Source: an uncultured bacterium
GTDB taxonomy: Bacteria > Verrucomicrobiota > Kiritimatiellia > RFP12 > UBA1067
Length of the DNA stretch: 64,000 nt
Assembly: GCA_902802945.1 (NCBI GenBank)
Contig: CADCOC010000017.1
Coordinates: 17,599-81,598, forward strand
Direction: 5' to 3'
A program made the translations under genes and the position numbers. Below, piece after piece: positions 34,674 through 43,909 of this stretch; the first letter of the stretch is position 1, and every line of letters begins with the position of its first letter. The notes under the pieces were generated by a model. It ran no database searches, had not been told where the DNA came from, and was given only the letters and a program-made list of their open reading frames with translations.

Positions 34674-36274
34674 GGCGGCGGATTGAGAGGCAGGCGGCAG
34701 ATTTGTTCGCCGAGGTTGACGGTCACGCGGGAAGTGCGGCCGGTTCGGCGTGCGCGGCGCGCCCGCCCTACCATGATGACGAGTCTGTCGGGGCCGTATC
34801 GCTGATAAGTTCCCCGCTTGTGGATGAGACGAAGGAATGGCTTTCGGCACGTGCGCTTACGCTCGGCAACATGCTTGCGAGCGAACGCGCCGTCGAGTAT
34901 GTCGCGATCCTGCGTGCGCTTGCCGCGTTTCGCGCGGAACACGAGCCGGAGCCTCTGCATGAGGACGTGGAGCGGAAAGTTTGCGGCGAAGACGCCGAGG
35001 TGTCCGCATCGGTGACATTCAAGGCAGATATCCACCAGCTGAAGGAATGGAACCTCATCACGGAGCGCATCGAGAAGGAGCGCTTGCGCGGCTATCGCGA
35101 CAACCGGCGTGCGAAATTCCGCTATCGGATGTGCGATGACGCGGCGGCGTTCGTGGAATGGCTGGCGGACCGCCATGCACACGACCTCTTGCCCGGCGGC
35201 GGGGACGAGACGGGGAATCTTCTCGACATGCAGCGGTCGATCCTCGCCGAGCTTCGGCGGATGTTGCACCGTGTCGATGCTGCGCACGTCGGCTACGAGA
35301 CGGCGGGCGACGTCCTCTTTCGTGTCGACCAGGTGTCGCGTTACGTCGATGCGACGGCGAAGACGCTTCAGGAACTCAATCTGCGGCTCCTGAGTTTCGG
35401 CATCGCCGAATTCTCCGCGGAAGAAGCAAAACCGATTGTCGATGAACTTGCGGTATTCCTTGAACGGTTCGGGAGACGCTTCGGGACGCTTCGCGAGGAC
35501 ATCCTGCGCGATGTCGAGGAGATGCGGCGCGACTGCCATGCGAAACGGTGGAAGGCGTGTGCGGAGACGTTGGCGGCGGAGACCTCGCGGTTCCGGCATA
35601 TCGCGTCCGTGAAGATCCCCGACGCGCAGCGTATTCTCGCCGACGCATCGCTCTTCTACGGAGCAGGCGGCACGCTCGTTTCGCTCATGTCGCGCATCGG
35701 CGACTCGGCGCGGAAGGTCTGGGGGAAGCTCAACGCGAAGCTGCGCGAACTGGAGCGTCGCAACCACCGCATCGAGGATGTCGGCGCGCGTCTTGCGGAA
35801 CTTGCACGGCTTGACGAAGGGAACGTGCCTCATCGTTGGCTGCAGCGGCTTCTTGAGCCTGCGGCGATGTGCGGCGACGCACAGGTGAGGCCGAATGGAG
35901 AGAAGTCAGTCGCACCGCTTCCCAAGAGATCGTCGAACGTCAAAACTCAGAAGATCATCTCTTGGATCACGCCGCGCAAGGTCGGGGAGCGTCCAGACGT
36001 CGCATCCATCGCGCAGGAACGCGCGAAGCGCCTGAGAGATTGGATGACCGCGCGCGAAATCTATCCGTCGAGCGGGACGTCCGCGCTTTCAGGAGGCACC
36101 TATTCCGAGTTTGAGGATTTCCCCAACCTGATGAACGTCATCGAGCATGTCTGGCTGGGAGGTGGCGAGAAGGCTCGGAAACTCCTTGATGTTCGCGGCA
36201 CGCCGACAGGAGAAGGCGCAAAAGTCTCAATCGACCAGGCCACGTTGGAGTTTGAAGACATCATGCTTGAATGA
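34670..36274 (+). CDS. Large non-ATPase subunit (JetA/kleisin-like; DUF2397/TIGR02677-type)
   Basis: GTG start overlapping the previous stop (GTGA). ERAVEYVAILRALAAFRAEHE and HQLKEWNLITERIEKERLRGYRDNRRAKFRYRMCDDAAAFVEWL resemble the winged-helix N-terminal region of the DUF2397 family as I recall it. Confidence 0.6.
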   Translation: MRRRIERQAADLFAEVDGHAGSAAGSACAARPPYHDDESVGAVSLISSPLVDETKEWLSARALTLGNMLASERAVEYVAILRALAAFRAEHEPEPLHEDVERKVCGEDAEVSASVTFKADIHQLKEWNLITERIEKERLRGYRDNRRAKFRYRMCDDAAAFVEWLADRHAHDLLPGGGDETGNLLDMQRSILAELRRMLHRVDAAHVGYETAGDVLFRVDQVSRYVDATAKTLQELNLRLLSFGIAEFSAEEAKPIVDELAVFLERFGRRFGTLREDILRDVEEMRRDCHAKRWKACAETLAAETSRFRHIASVKIPDAQRILADASLFYGAGGTLVSLMSRIGDSARKVWGKLNAKLRELERRNHRIEDVGARLAELARLDEGNVPHRWLQRLLEPAAMCGDAQVRPNGEKSVAPLPKRSSNVKTQKIISWITPRKVGERPDVASIAQERAKRLRDWMTAREIYPSSGTSALSGGTYSEFEDFPNLMNVIEHVWLGGGEKARKLLDVRGTPTGEGAKVSIDQATLEFEDIMLE

Positions 36275-36347
36275 TGCTTAATCGCATTGAGCAATGCCAA
36301 ATAACGTGAAAGTGAGAGTCGGTTGCAATTGAAAGAGGTGTTTGCGT

Positions 36348-39243
36348 ATGAAAGCGGCAATGATGATTCTTACGGCGGCCATTGGGCTGTCTGCTGTCGG
36401 CGAGGAATACGAATTACAGGGAAATTCGCGTTCGCTTCCCGATGACTTGCGCTGTGACATGCGTCCTGGGCTGCGGATGTCGTGTCGTGTGAAGTTCGCC
36501 GCGCACCCCTCCGAGGTCGGGCAGATGACCTTCCTGCAGAAGGGCCGTGCGAATTCGCCAGGCTCGTTCTGGCTTCGCGTGGACGGCGGACGCGAGAAGG
36601 TTGCGTTCAACTTCTTCGTCAACCTTGGCACGGGGCCCGAACCGCGAGTGTCGGTGTTGGGCGCGAAGGACATTGAGATTGGCAAATGGTATGACGTCTC
36701 AGCTGGATGGGACGGTACCAACACGTGGATCACCGTGAACGGAACGACCAACAGTCGCCGCCGTGTGTGCGCAAGACCCTTTTCCGGTTGCGCGGGACCA
36801 ATCAAGGTCGGACCTCTTCGCGGCATTGTCGCGGATCCCATGGTGGATTCGCCTGCACTGGGGCGTCCGAGTGTCTCCTTCGGCATGTTTCGCACGCAGG
36901 AACTGATGCCGCGCTTGGGCTCGTCCGCCACACTGAAGGTCGATCTCCTCAACTTCGGTACGGAGCTGGGTCCCTGTACGGTCGTGGCGAAAGGGAAGGA
37001 CGGCGTGTCGATCACGCCTGCGCGCATCGAAATTGCGTCGTTGGACGAGGGCGAGTCGCGTTCGCTCCAGTGGCGCGTCGACGCTGGCACGAATGGCCTC
37101 GCGTTTCTGGAGTTCGCGGTCAAGCATGACGGGCGGACAGTCGCGAAGGCCGGAAAGCGCATCGTGTTCATGCCGGCGACGGATCCAGACTATTCGGCGA
37201 AGGCGTGGAATCCGCCCGTGAAGCCCACGCGTACGTGGTATGTCGATTCCGACGCGGGCGACGACGCGCAGGATGGACTTACGCCGCAGACCGCATGGCG
37301 CACGTTCAAGAACACGGCTGGCATGGAGCTTGGCCCGGGCGAGAGGCTGCTGTTGAAGCGCGGGGGCGTGTTCAACGGCGACCTCGTCGTTTCGGCGCGC
37401 GGTTCGGAGGAGAGCTGGGCGGGAATCGGCGCGTACGGCGAGGGGATGCGTCCGATCATCAGCCGCAACCGTCACCTCAACGACCGCTGCGGCTGGGTGC
37501 GTGGCGCGGCGTATCTCGTGGTGCGCGACCTCGTGTTCTGCAACGCAGGCTCGGGCTTTACGGTGGAGTGTTCGCGTCCGGGGGACGGACACGTCCTCAT
37601 CGAGCGCTGTCTTGCGCACCACATCGAGGGCATGTACCGCTTCAACTCGCACGGCATCCCCGAGTGGTGGAACGCGCCGGGCGCGGAAGGCGGCAGCCGT
37701 TCGACGGGCATGGCGGTGTCGGGACGCCACGCGCGGTGGATCGTGATGCGCGACTGCGAGTCGTACCAGTGTTCGAGCGGCTTCAAGGTGAGCGGCGTGG
37801 ACACCTTCGTGAACCGCATGTACTGCCACGACAACTACGCGCACAACACCTCGCCGCACCCCTACAACCTCGCAAGCCGGTCGTGGATGATGGATTGCGT
37901 GTTCGACGCCTCCGGCTGGCACGCGGCGGCGGGCACGATGGGGATCATGCTCGCAGGGAACGACGGCTGGATCGTGCGCGGTTGCCACTTCCTCAATCAG
38001 CCCGACTCCGGTTCGCCCGACCAGGGGTGCATCGACTTCGAGGCGGGTGGCGAGAACTGCCTCGTGGACCGTTGCACGTTCCGCAACAACGCGGGCGCGG
38101 CAATCGAGGTGCTGGGACTCATAAGGCCGCAGACGCGCAACGTACACATCCGTGCCTGCAAGTTCGACCGCAACAACTGGTCGTTCAAGAACGGTCCGGC
38201 GGAGATACAGGTGTGGGGCTCGCCTTCGACGGGCGAGGACATTGCCTGCTCGAACGGACGGATCGAGGGCAACGGCTACGTACTCGTGCCTGGGGTGCCG
38301 TTCTATGTGAACCACACGCGCACCACAAATGACTGGGCGCTCGTAGGCAACCGCGAATTCGACTTTGCCGAGGAACTCGACAAGGCCTTTCCATACGTCG
38401 ATCCGCCCGAGGTGCGCGCGTGCGGCGAAATCTGGACCGACAACCCCGTTGTGGCGCTCTCTGCGCGCGTGCAAGATAGCAGACGCTCGGAGGACGGTAG
38501 GGCGGTCGCCCCGCGACCGCCGCTCGCACTCGCCTGGGAGCAGATCGAGGGACCGGCGGGAGTCGCGTTCGCGAAGTCGTCCGCCGCCTGCACGAAGGCG
38601 ACATTCCCCGGCGAAGGCGACATTCCCCGGCGAAGGCGACTACCGCGTGCAGGTGAAGGCCGACAACGGCACGCTCTGGCGCACGTCGCGCACTGCGGTA
38701 CATGTGCTTCCCGCCGGTGCGCGTACGTTCGGCGCATGGGACTTTGCAAAGCCGCTTGACGCGCAGGGCTGGCGCGCGGAGAACACGGGCACCTCCTATC
38801 GTTTCATTCCGGGAAAGGTTCCGTTCTGGAACACCGAGTCGTTCCCCGTGCGGCTCGTTTGTGGCGACTACTACGTGATCGCGATGCAGAACGCGGCGGG
38901 TGCGTGTCTCGTCTCGTCCGACGACCGCGACACGGGCATCGCCTTCACCGTGGACCGCGCGAACGCGGTGCGCGTGAAGATGATGAACCACACCGACTCG
39001 ACGCGAATGCGCTTCTGGTGGCAGACGGACGCCGAACCGGAGTGGAAGGAAACGAACTCCGTGGCGTTCGACGTGAAGCCGCAGGACACGGACGACACGG
39101 TTTACACCGTGCCGATGCCGCGCATCGGCATCGTGAAGCAATTCCGCCTTTCCTTCTCCGCCGACGGCTCGCCCGTCACCGGCACGTGCCGCATCGACTA
39201 CATCTGGGCCGGCCGTCTGCCGATTGCGGGGAATGGTTTTTGA
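36348..39243 (+). pseudogene. Secreted LamG-like + right-handed beta-helix (pectate-lyase-fold) protein, frameshifted by a 19-bp tandem duplication
   Basis: Signal MKAAMMILTAAIGLSAVG. Beta-helix opening TWYVDSDAGDDAQDGLTPQTAWRTFKN. Reading continues in the +1 frame after 38613-38631 (...KATFPGEGDYRVQVKADNG...) down to the stop at 39243. Removing one 19-bp copy restores a single ORF. Confidence 0.8.
38594..38640 (+). repeat. 19-bp tandem duplication (gaaggcgacattccccggc x2 plus a 9-nt partial third copy)
   Basis: Read directly: acGAAGGCGACATTCCCCGGC GAAGGCGACATTCCCCGGC GAAGGCGACtaccgc. Confidence 0.95.
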
Positions 39244-39274
39244 TTGCAATCTGAATGAAAGGAACAGACAAAAA

Positions 39275-39545
39275 ATGACAGACCTGACAGAAAAGACGCT
39301 CGCGAGTGAGCGCAAGTACACGGGGAAGATCATCAGCGTCGATCTTCTCGACATCGAACTGCCTGACGGACGCAAGGCGAAGCGCGAGGTCATTCGCCAC
39401 AACAACGCCGTCGCCATCCTCGCTCGCCGTCCCGACGGCAAGTTCGTGTTCGTGAAGCAGTACCGCAAGGCGGCGGAAGAGGCGTGCCCGGCATCCGCTC
39501 CACGTTCGGCACCTCGACGGAACTGCTCAACTCGCTCCGATGAAC
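39275..39545 (+). pseudogene. NUDIX (ADP-ribose pyrophosphatase-like) gene remnant lacking the Nudix box
   Basis: MTDLTEKTLASERKYTGKIISVDLLDIELPDGRKAKREVIRHNNAVAILARRPDGKFVFVKQYRKAAEE is a typical NudF-type N-terminus. The GX5EX7REUXEEXGU box that should follow is absent, and the reading frame degenerates. Confidence 0.6.
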
Positions 39546-39612
39546 GTTCTGGCACCAGCCTGAAAATATGGTACAATAATAGCCGTCCACAGATAAAGAA
39601 GGAGACGAACTG

Positions 39613-42105
39613 ATGAAGAAACTTATGTTGGGCCTTGCCGCGGCGGCGACCGGCCTGTGTATGGCAGGCGACTACCCGTTCCAGCCGGCGGAGATGACGA
39701 ACGTCGCAATCCGCGCCGGGTTCTGGTACCCGCGCTTCGAGACGAACCGCGTGGTGACTGTGCAGGTCGATTTCAAGAAGAGCGAAGAGACCGGACGCAT
39801 CAGCAACTTCGAGCTGGCCGGCGAACGCGCGGGGCACGGGTTCCGGGGCATCCCGTTCAACGACTCCGACGTCTACAAGATCATCGAGGGCGCCGCCTAC
39901 ACGCTTTCGACGCATCCCGACCCGAAGCTCGAGAAGTACCTCGATGACCTCATCGCCAAGATCGCCAAGGCGCAGGAGCCCGACGGCTACCTCTACACCG
40001 CGCGCACGCTCCATTTCAACTACGGCTTCGACAAGAAGACCGGCAAGGCCCAGTACCGCATGATGGGCCCGACGCGCTGGAGCAACACGGCGCACGGACA
40101 CGAACTCTACAACGTCGGCCACATGTACGAGGCCGCCGCCGCATACTACTGGGTGACCGGCAAGCGGACGCTCCTCGACGTGGCGATCAAGAACGCGGAC
40201 CTCGTCTGCCGCACGTTCGGCCCCGATCCGGACCAGCTCAAGAACGTTCCCGGACACGAGGAGATCGAACTCGCCCTCTGCAAACTTTACCGCGCCACCG
40301 GCGACGAGAAGTACCTCCGCCAGGCGAAGCACTTCCTCGACCAGCGCGGGAAGCCGGAGGCCGCCGACCGCCGTCCCGACGGCAAGGTGTTCGCGCAGAG
40401 CGGCGCGCTCGTGAAGGGTAGAGAGATGGGCGCGCACGGCTCGTACAACCAGAACCATCGTCTCGTGACCGAACAGCAGGAGGCCGTCGGGCACGCCGTG
40501 CGCGCAACCTACCTCTACTGCGGCATGGCGGACGTCGCGGCGCTCACGGGCGACCGCTCCTACGTGAAGGCCATCGACACGATCTGGGAGAACGTCGTCT
40601 CGAAGAAGCTCCACCTCAACGGCTCCGTCGGCGCACGCCACGCGGGCGAGGCGTTCGGCGAGAACTACGAGCTGCCCAACGCCTCCGCCTACCTCGAGAC
40701 GTGCGCGGGCATCGGCAACGCCCTCTGGAACCAGCGCATGTTCCTCATGTACGGCGACGCGAAGTACATCGACGTCCTCGAGCGCGTCGTCTACAACGGC
40801 TTCCTGAGCGGTATCTCGCTCGGCGGCGACGAGTTCTTCTACCCGAATCCGCAGGCGTCGCGCGGCGGCTACAAGCGCTCCAAGTGGTTCGGCTGCAGCT
40901 GCTGCCCCGTGAACGTGGTTCGCTTCATCCCGCAGATTGCGCAGTTCGCGTACGCGACGCGCGGCGACGCGGCATACGTGAATCTCTTCGTCGCGAGCGA
41001 CGCGAAGCTCAACTTGGCGGGCGGCGACGTGACGCTCAAGCAGGAGACGGAGTATCCGTGGAAGGGCCTCTCGCGGATCGAGATCGCCGATATTGGGGGG
41101 AAGACAGCAAGCGTACAACAGCAAGGTCGTTTCACGCTCAACATCCGCGTGCCGGGATGGTGCGTGGGACGTCCCGTGCCGAGCGATCTCTACGTGCAGA
41201 CCGTTCCCGGCTCCCTCTCTGACTTCACTGTGAAGGTGAACGGCCAGCCGTTCGCGTTCACGCCCCAGAAGGGCTACTGCTCCATCAAGCGCGCGTGGAA
41301 GAAGGGCGACGTGGTTGAGGTGTGCATGAACATGCCCGTGCGGCGCATCAAGGCACACGATGCGGTGAAGAACGACCGCGGCCGCCTTGCCGTGGAGCGC
41401 GGGCCGATCCTCTACTGCGCGGAGGGCGTAGACAACGGCGGCAAGGTGCTCGACAAGGTTCTCGCGGCGGATGCGGTGTTTACGCCCACGACGTGCAATG
41501 CCCTCGGCAACGTCTATCCCGCGCTCACGGCCCCGGCGGTCTCGCTCCGGCGCGGTCTCAAGTCGGGAATCCGCAAGGAGGCGACGACGCTCACGCTCGT
41601 CCCCTACTTCGCGTGGTGCCACCGCGGCGCGGGCGAGATGCAAGTGTTCTTCCCGACGGAGGCCAAGAACGAGAACGCGGTGTTCGACTTCAAGACGTCT
41701 GCGTCGTTCTGCTACCCGAAGGACAGCGTCGCCGCCGCGTTCGACGGCGTCCTTCCCAAGGCGTCCAACGATGAGTCGATTCCGCGCTTGACGTTCTGGG
41801 ACCACCTCGGCACGGACGAGTGGGTCGCGTGCGAGTTCACCGTGCCGGAAGAGGTCAAGGGCGTGGAGGTCTACTGGTTCGATGACGGCAGCAAGGGACA
41901 TTGCCGCATTCCCGCGTCGTGGAAGGTGCAGTGGCGTCCCGCGAAGAACGCCCCGTGGCAGGACATCGCCGCAGAAGGCCCCGTCGCAAAGGACAAGTTC
42001 AGCACAGTTGCCTTCCCTGCTCCTGTGAAGGCACAGGCGATGCGCCTCAACGTCAAGCTCCAGCAAGGCTGGTCCGGCGGCATCCTCGAGTGGCGCTTCC
42101 GCTAA
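39613..42105 (+). CDS. Glycoside hydrolase family 127-like (DUF1680, beta-L-arabinofuranosidase-type) with C-terminal discoidin-like domain
   Basis: Signal MKKLMLGLAAAATGLCMAG. FNDSDVYKIIEGAAY, HELYNVGHMYEAAAAYY, PGHEEIELALCKLY, GHAVRATYLY, ETCAGIGNALWNQRM and WFGCSCCPVNVVRF. Confidence 0.85.
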   Translation: MKKLMLGLAAAATGLCMAGDYPFQPAEMTNVAIRAGFWYPRFETNRVVTVQVDFKKSEETGRISNFELAGERAGHGFRGIPFNDSDVYKIIEGAAYTLSTHPDPKLEKYLDDLIAKIAKAQEPDGYLYTARTLHFNYGFDKKTGKAQYRMMGPTRWSNTAHGHELYNVGHMYEAAAAYYWVTGKRTLLDVAIKNADLVCRTFGPDPDQLKNVPGHEEIELALCKLYRATGDEKYLRQAKHFLDQRGKPEAADRRPDGKVFAQSGALVKGREMGAHGSYNQNHRLVTEQQEAVGHAVRATYLYCGMADVAALTGDRSYVKAIDTIWENVVSKKLHLNGSVGARHAGEAFGENYELPNASAYLETCAGIGNALWNQRMFLMYGDAKYIDVLERVVYNGFLSGISLGGDEFFYPNPQASRGGYKRSKWFGCSCCPVNVVRFIPQIAQFAYATRGDAAYVNLFVASDAKLNLAGGDVTLKQETEYPWKGLSRIEIADIGGKTASVQQQGRFTLNIRVPGWCVGRPVPSDLYVQTVPGSLSDFTVKVNGQPFAFTPQKGYCSIKRAWKKGDVVEVCMNMPVRRIKAHDAVKNDRGRLAVERGPILYCAEGVDNGGKVLDKVLAADAVFTPTTCNALGNVYPALTAPAVSLRRGLKSGIRKEATTLTLVPYFAWCHRGAGEMQVFFPTEAKNENAVFDFKTSASFCYPKDSVAAAFDGVLPKASNDESIPRLTFWDHLGTDEWVACEFTVPEEVKGVEVYWFDDGSKGHCRIPASWKVQWRPAKNAPWQDIAAEGPVAKDKFSTVAFPAPVKAQAMRLNVKLQQGWSGGILEWRFR

Positions 42106-42184
42106 ATGCAGGATGGCGCTTTTTCGTGAAAATCTGATTGCACGAGCGGGAGCGATTCGGTATACTATTCGCCACTTCAACAGC

Positions 42185-42260
42185 GGGACTGTAGCTCAGT
42201 TGGTAGAGCACGACACTTTTAATGTTGGGGTCGCGGGTCCGATCCCCGCCAGTCCCACCA
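42185..42260 (+). tRNA. tRNA-Lys (anticodon UUU), CCA encoded
   Basis: Cloverleaf by eye: acceptor GGGACTG/CAGTCCC, D arm GCTC-AGTTGGTA-GAGC, anticodon arm CGACA-CTTTTAA-TGTTG, T arm GCGGG-TCCGATC-CCCGC, then A-CCA. Confidence 0.9.
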
Positions 42261-42353
42261 ACTCTCCCTTTTGGATGTCGCGCGTCACGCATTGACGCGG
42301 CGGCGCGGAAAGGGTATACTTTCACGGTCTGCGTTTTTAAAGGACAAACAAGA

Positions 42354-43109
42354 ATGCCATCTCTGAAAGACATGCGGGGCAAGGCGAAGGAAGCCGGCCT
42401 CATGAAACTCGACAAGCTGATCGCCACGCGTCAGCGCATACCGAACTGCGAGATCCCGATCCCGATTCCGGAGCTCTGCGCGCGCTACGAGAAGCTGTAC
42501 ACGGGCGCAATCAACGACGTGATGCGCGAACTCACGCTCCTCGACCAGAACCTCCCCTCGGACATCATGCCGCTCCGCGACGAGATGACCGTGTGCGGCG
42601 AGGCGTTCACCGTGAAGAGCGCCCCGAACGTGATGATCGAGGGCGAGATGACGTTCCGCGCGCAGATGCTCGACGAGTTCAAGCCCAACGGCGTTGTGGT
42701 GTGGGATACGTCCAGCGACGTGGAGGCGAGCCTCTGGGGCGGCGTGATGACCGCTACGGCCATCACTAAGGGCATCCGCGGCGCGGTGATCGCGGGCGGC
42801 ATACGCGATACGAAGCAGATACTCGAGCAGAACTTCCCCGTGTTCTACCGCTACCGCACGTCCAACGGCTCGCTCGGACGCTGCATGATCACGCACTACC
42901 AGGTGCCGATCAAGGTGGGCAAGGTGACGGTGCGCCCCGGCGACATCATCTTCGGCGACATCGACGGAGTCCTCTGCATCCCGCGTGAGATCGCCTACGA
43001 TGTTCTCCTGCGCGCCGAGGGTATTGAGCGCAATGAGGTGGATATCTTCAGTTGGGTGCGCCAAGGCGACACGATCAGCGAAATCATCGACAAGGGAGGC
43101 TACTTCTGA
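42354..43109 (+). CDS. RraA-family protein (RraA/HMG-aldolase-like fold)
   Basis: WGGVMTATAITKGIRGAVIAGGIRDTKQI...PVFYRY...VPIKVGKVTVRPGDIIFGDIDGVLCIPREIA. Confidence 0.8.
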   Translation: MPSLKDMRGKAKEAGLMKLDKLIATRQRIPNCEIPIPIPELCARYEKLYTGAINDVMRELTLLDQNLPSDIMPLRDEMTVCGEAFTVKSAPNVMIEGEMTFRAQMLDEFKPNGVVVWDTSSDVEASLWGGVMTATAITKGIRGAVIAGGIRDTKQILEQNFPVFYRYRTSNGSLGRCMITHYQVPIKVGKVTVRPGDIIFGDIDGVLCIPREIAYDVLLRAEGIERNEVDIFSWVRQGDTISEIIDKGGYF

Positions 43110-43516
43110 TGAAAAACGACTGCATTTTCTGCGCGATAGCCGAAGGCGAGATACCGAGCTTCAAGGTGTACGAGGACGACCTCGTGCTCGCCTACCTCGA
43201 CATCAACCCGTTCTCCGAGGGCCACACCCTAGTGATTCCCAAAAACCACTACACAGGTCTTCTGGACACGCCCGCCGACGTGCTGAAGGAGATCATCGTG
43301 CGAGTGCAGAAGGTGGCCGCGCACCTGAAGGCGGCTCTGCCGTGCGATGGTTTTAATGTGCTGCAGAACAACGGCGCCGCAGCGGGGCAGACCGTGCCGC
43401 ACGTCCATTTCCACATCGTCCCGCGTTACGGCACTGGCGGCGGTGAGATATCCTTCGCGAACCACGAGGGTAAAATGGACGCGCTGGCGGCGCTCGCCGA
43501 GCGCATCCGTATGTGA
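43109..43516 (+). CDS. HIT-family (histidine triad) nucleotide hydrolase
   Basis: CIFCAIAEGEIPSFKVYEDD...INPFSEGHTLVIPK...VPHVHFHIVPR. The start overlaps the previous stop by 1 nt (TGATG). Confidence 0.9.
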   Translation: MKNDCIFCAIAEGEIPSFKVYEDDLVLAYLDINPFSEGHTLVIPKNHYTGLLDTPADVLKEIIVRVQKVAAHLKAALPCDGFNVLQNNGAAAGQTVPHVHFHIVPRYGTGGGEISFANHEGKMDALAALAERIRM

Positions 43517-43890
43517 CGGCCATGGACGCGCCCACGATCAACTACGAGACCGACGACTTCAGCGACATCCTGAAGAAGGACGCGCGCTTCGACCCGCGCG
43601 CCTACGACTTCGTGCTGCAGGTGATCTCCGAGGCGTCGGAGTCCGCCAAGGGACACATCACCGGCGCCGAGCTCCTCGACTGGTTCCGCGACCTCGCGCT
43701 CGACGCCTACGGCCCGCTCGCCTACGCCGTGTTGAGCGACTGGGGCGTGCACACGTGCGAGGACGTGGGCGACATCGTGTTCAGCCTCTACAACTCGAAG
43801 CGCATCGGGAAAACCGACTCCGACTCCCCCGCCGACTTCATCGGCGGATTCGACTTCCGCGAGGAGTTCCTTGGCCCCTATCGGGCCTGA
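43513..43890 (+). CDS. Conserved hypothetical cytoplasmic protein (~120 aa)
   Basis: Tightly coupled ORF (GTG 43513 or ATG 43522) with host-like composition. No motif recognised. Confidence 0.6.
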   Translation: MTAMDAPTINYETDDFSDILKKDARFDPRAYDFVLQVISEASESAKGHITGAELLDWFRDLALDAYGPLAYAVLSDWGVHTCEDVGDIVFSLYNSKRIGKTDSDSPADFIGGFDFREEFLGPYRA

Positions 43891-43909
43891 ACGGGAAGGA
43901 AATAGCGCA

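Noticed and set aside
38185-42180. 1331-aa minus-strand ORF (the longest ORF on that strand). Similar long minus-strand ORFs lie at 21337-24246, 44725-46818, 55420-57501, 57669-59774, 36699-38474, 7126-8910, 9091-10722, 34319-35833, 47908-48999, 59868-60860 and 61979-62941.
   Set aside because: All are antisense to plus-strand genes with strong motif support. Their translations are Arg/Ala/Gly/His-rich and low in complexity, with no recognisable motifs, signal peptides or ribosome-binding sites. This is the typical stop-codon-poor antisense frame of high-GC DNA.
42185-42353. tRNA-Lys as an integration site for a genomic island.
   Set aside because: No integrase or recombinase lies on either side, I found no direct repeat of the tRNA 3' end in the window, and the flanking genes have host-like composition.
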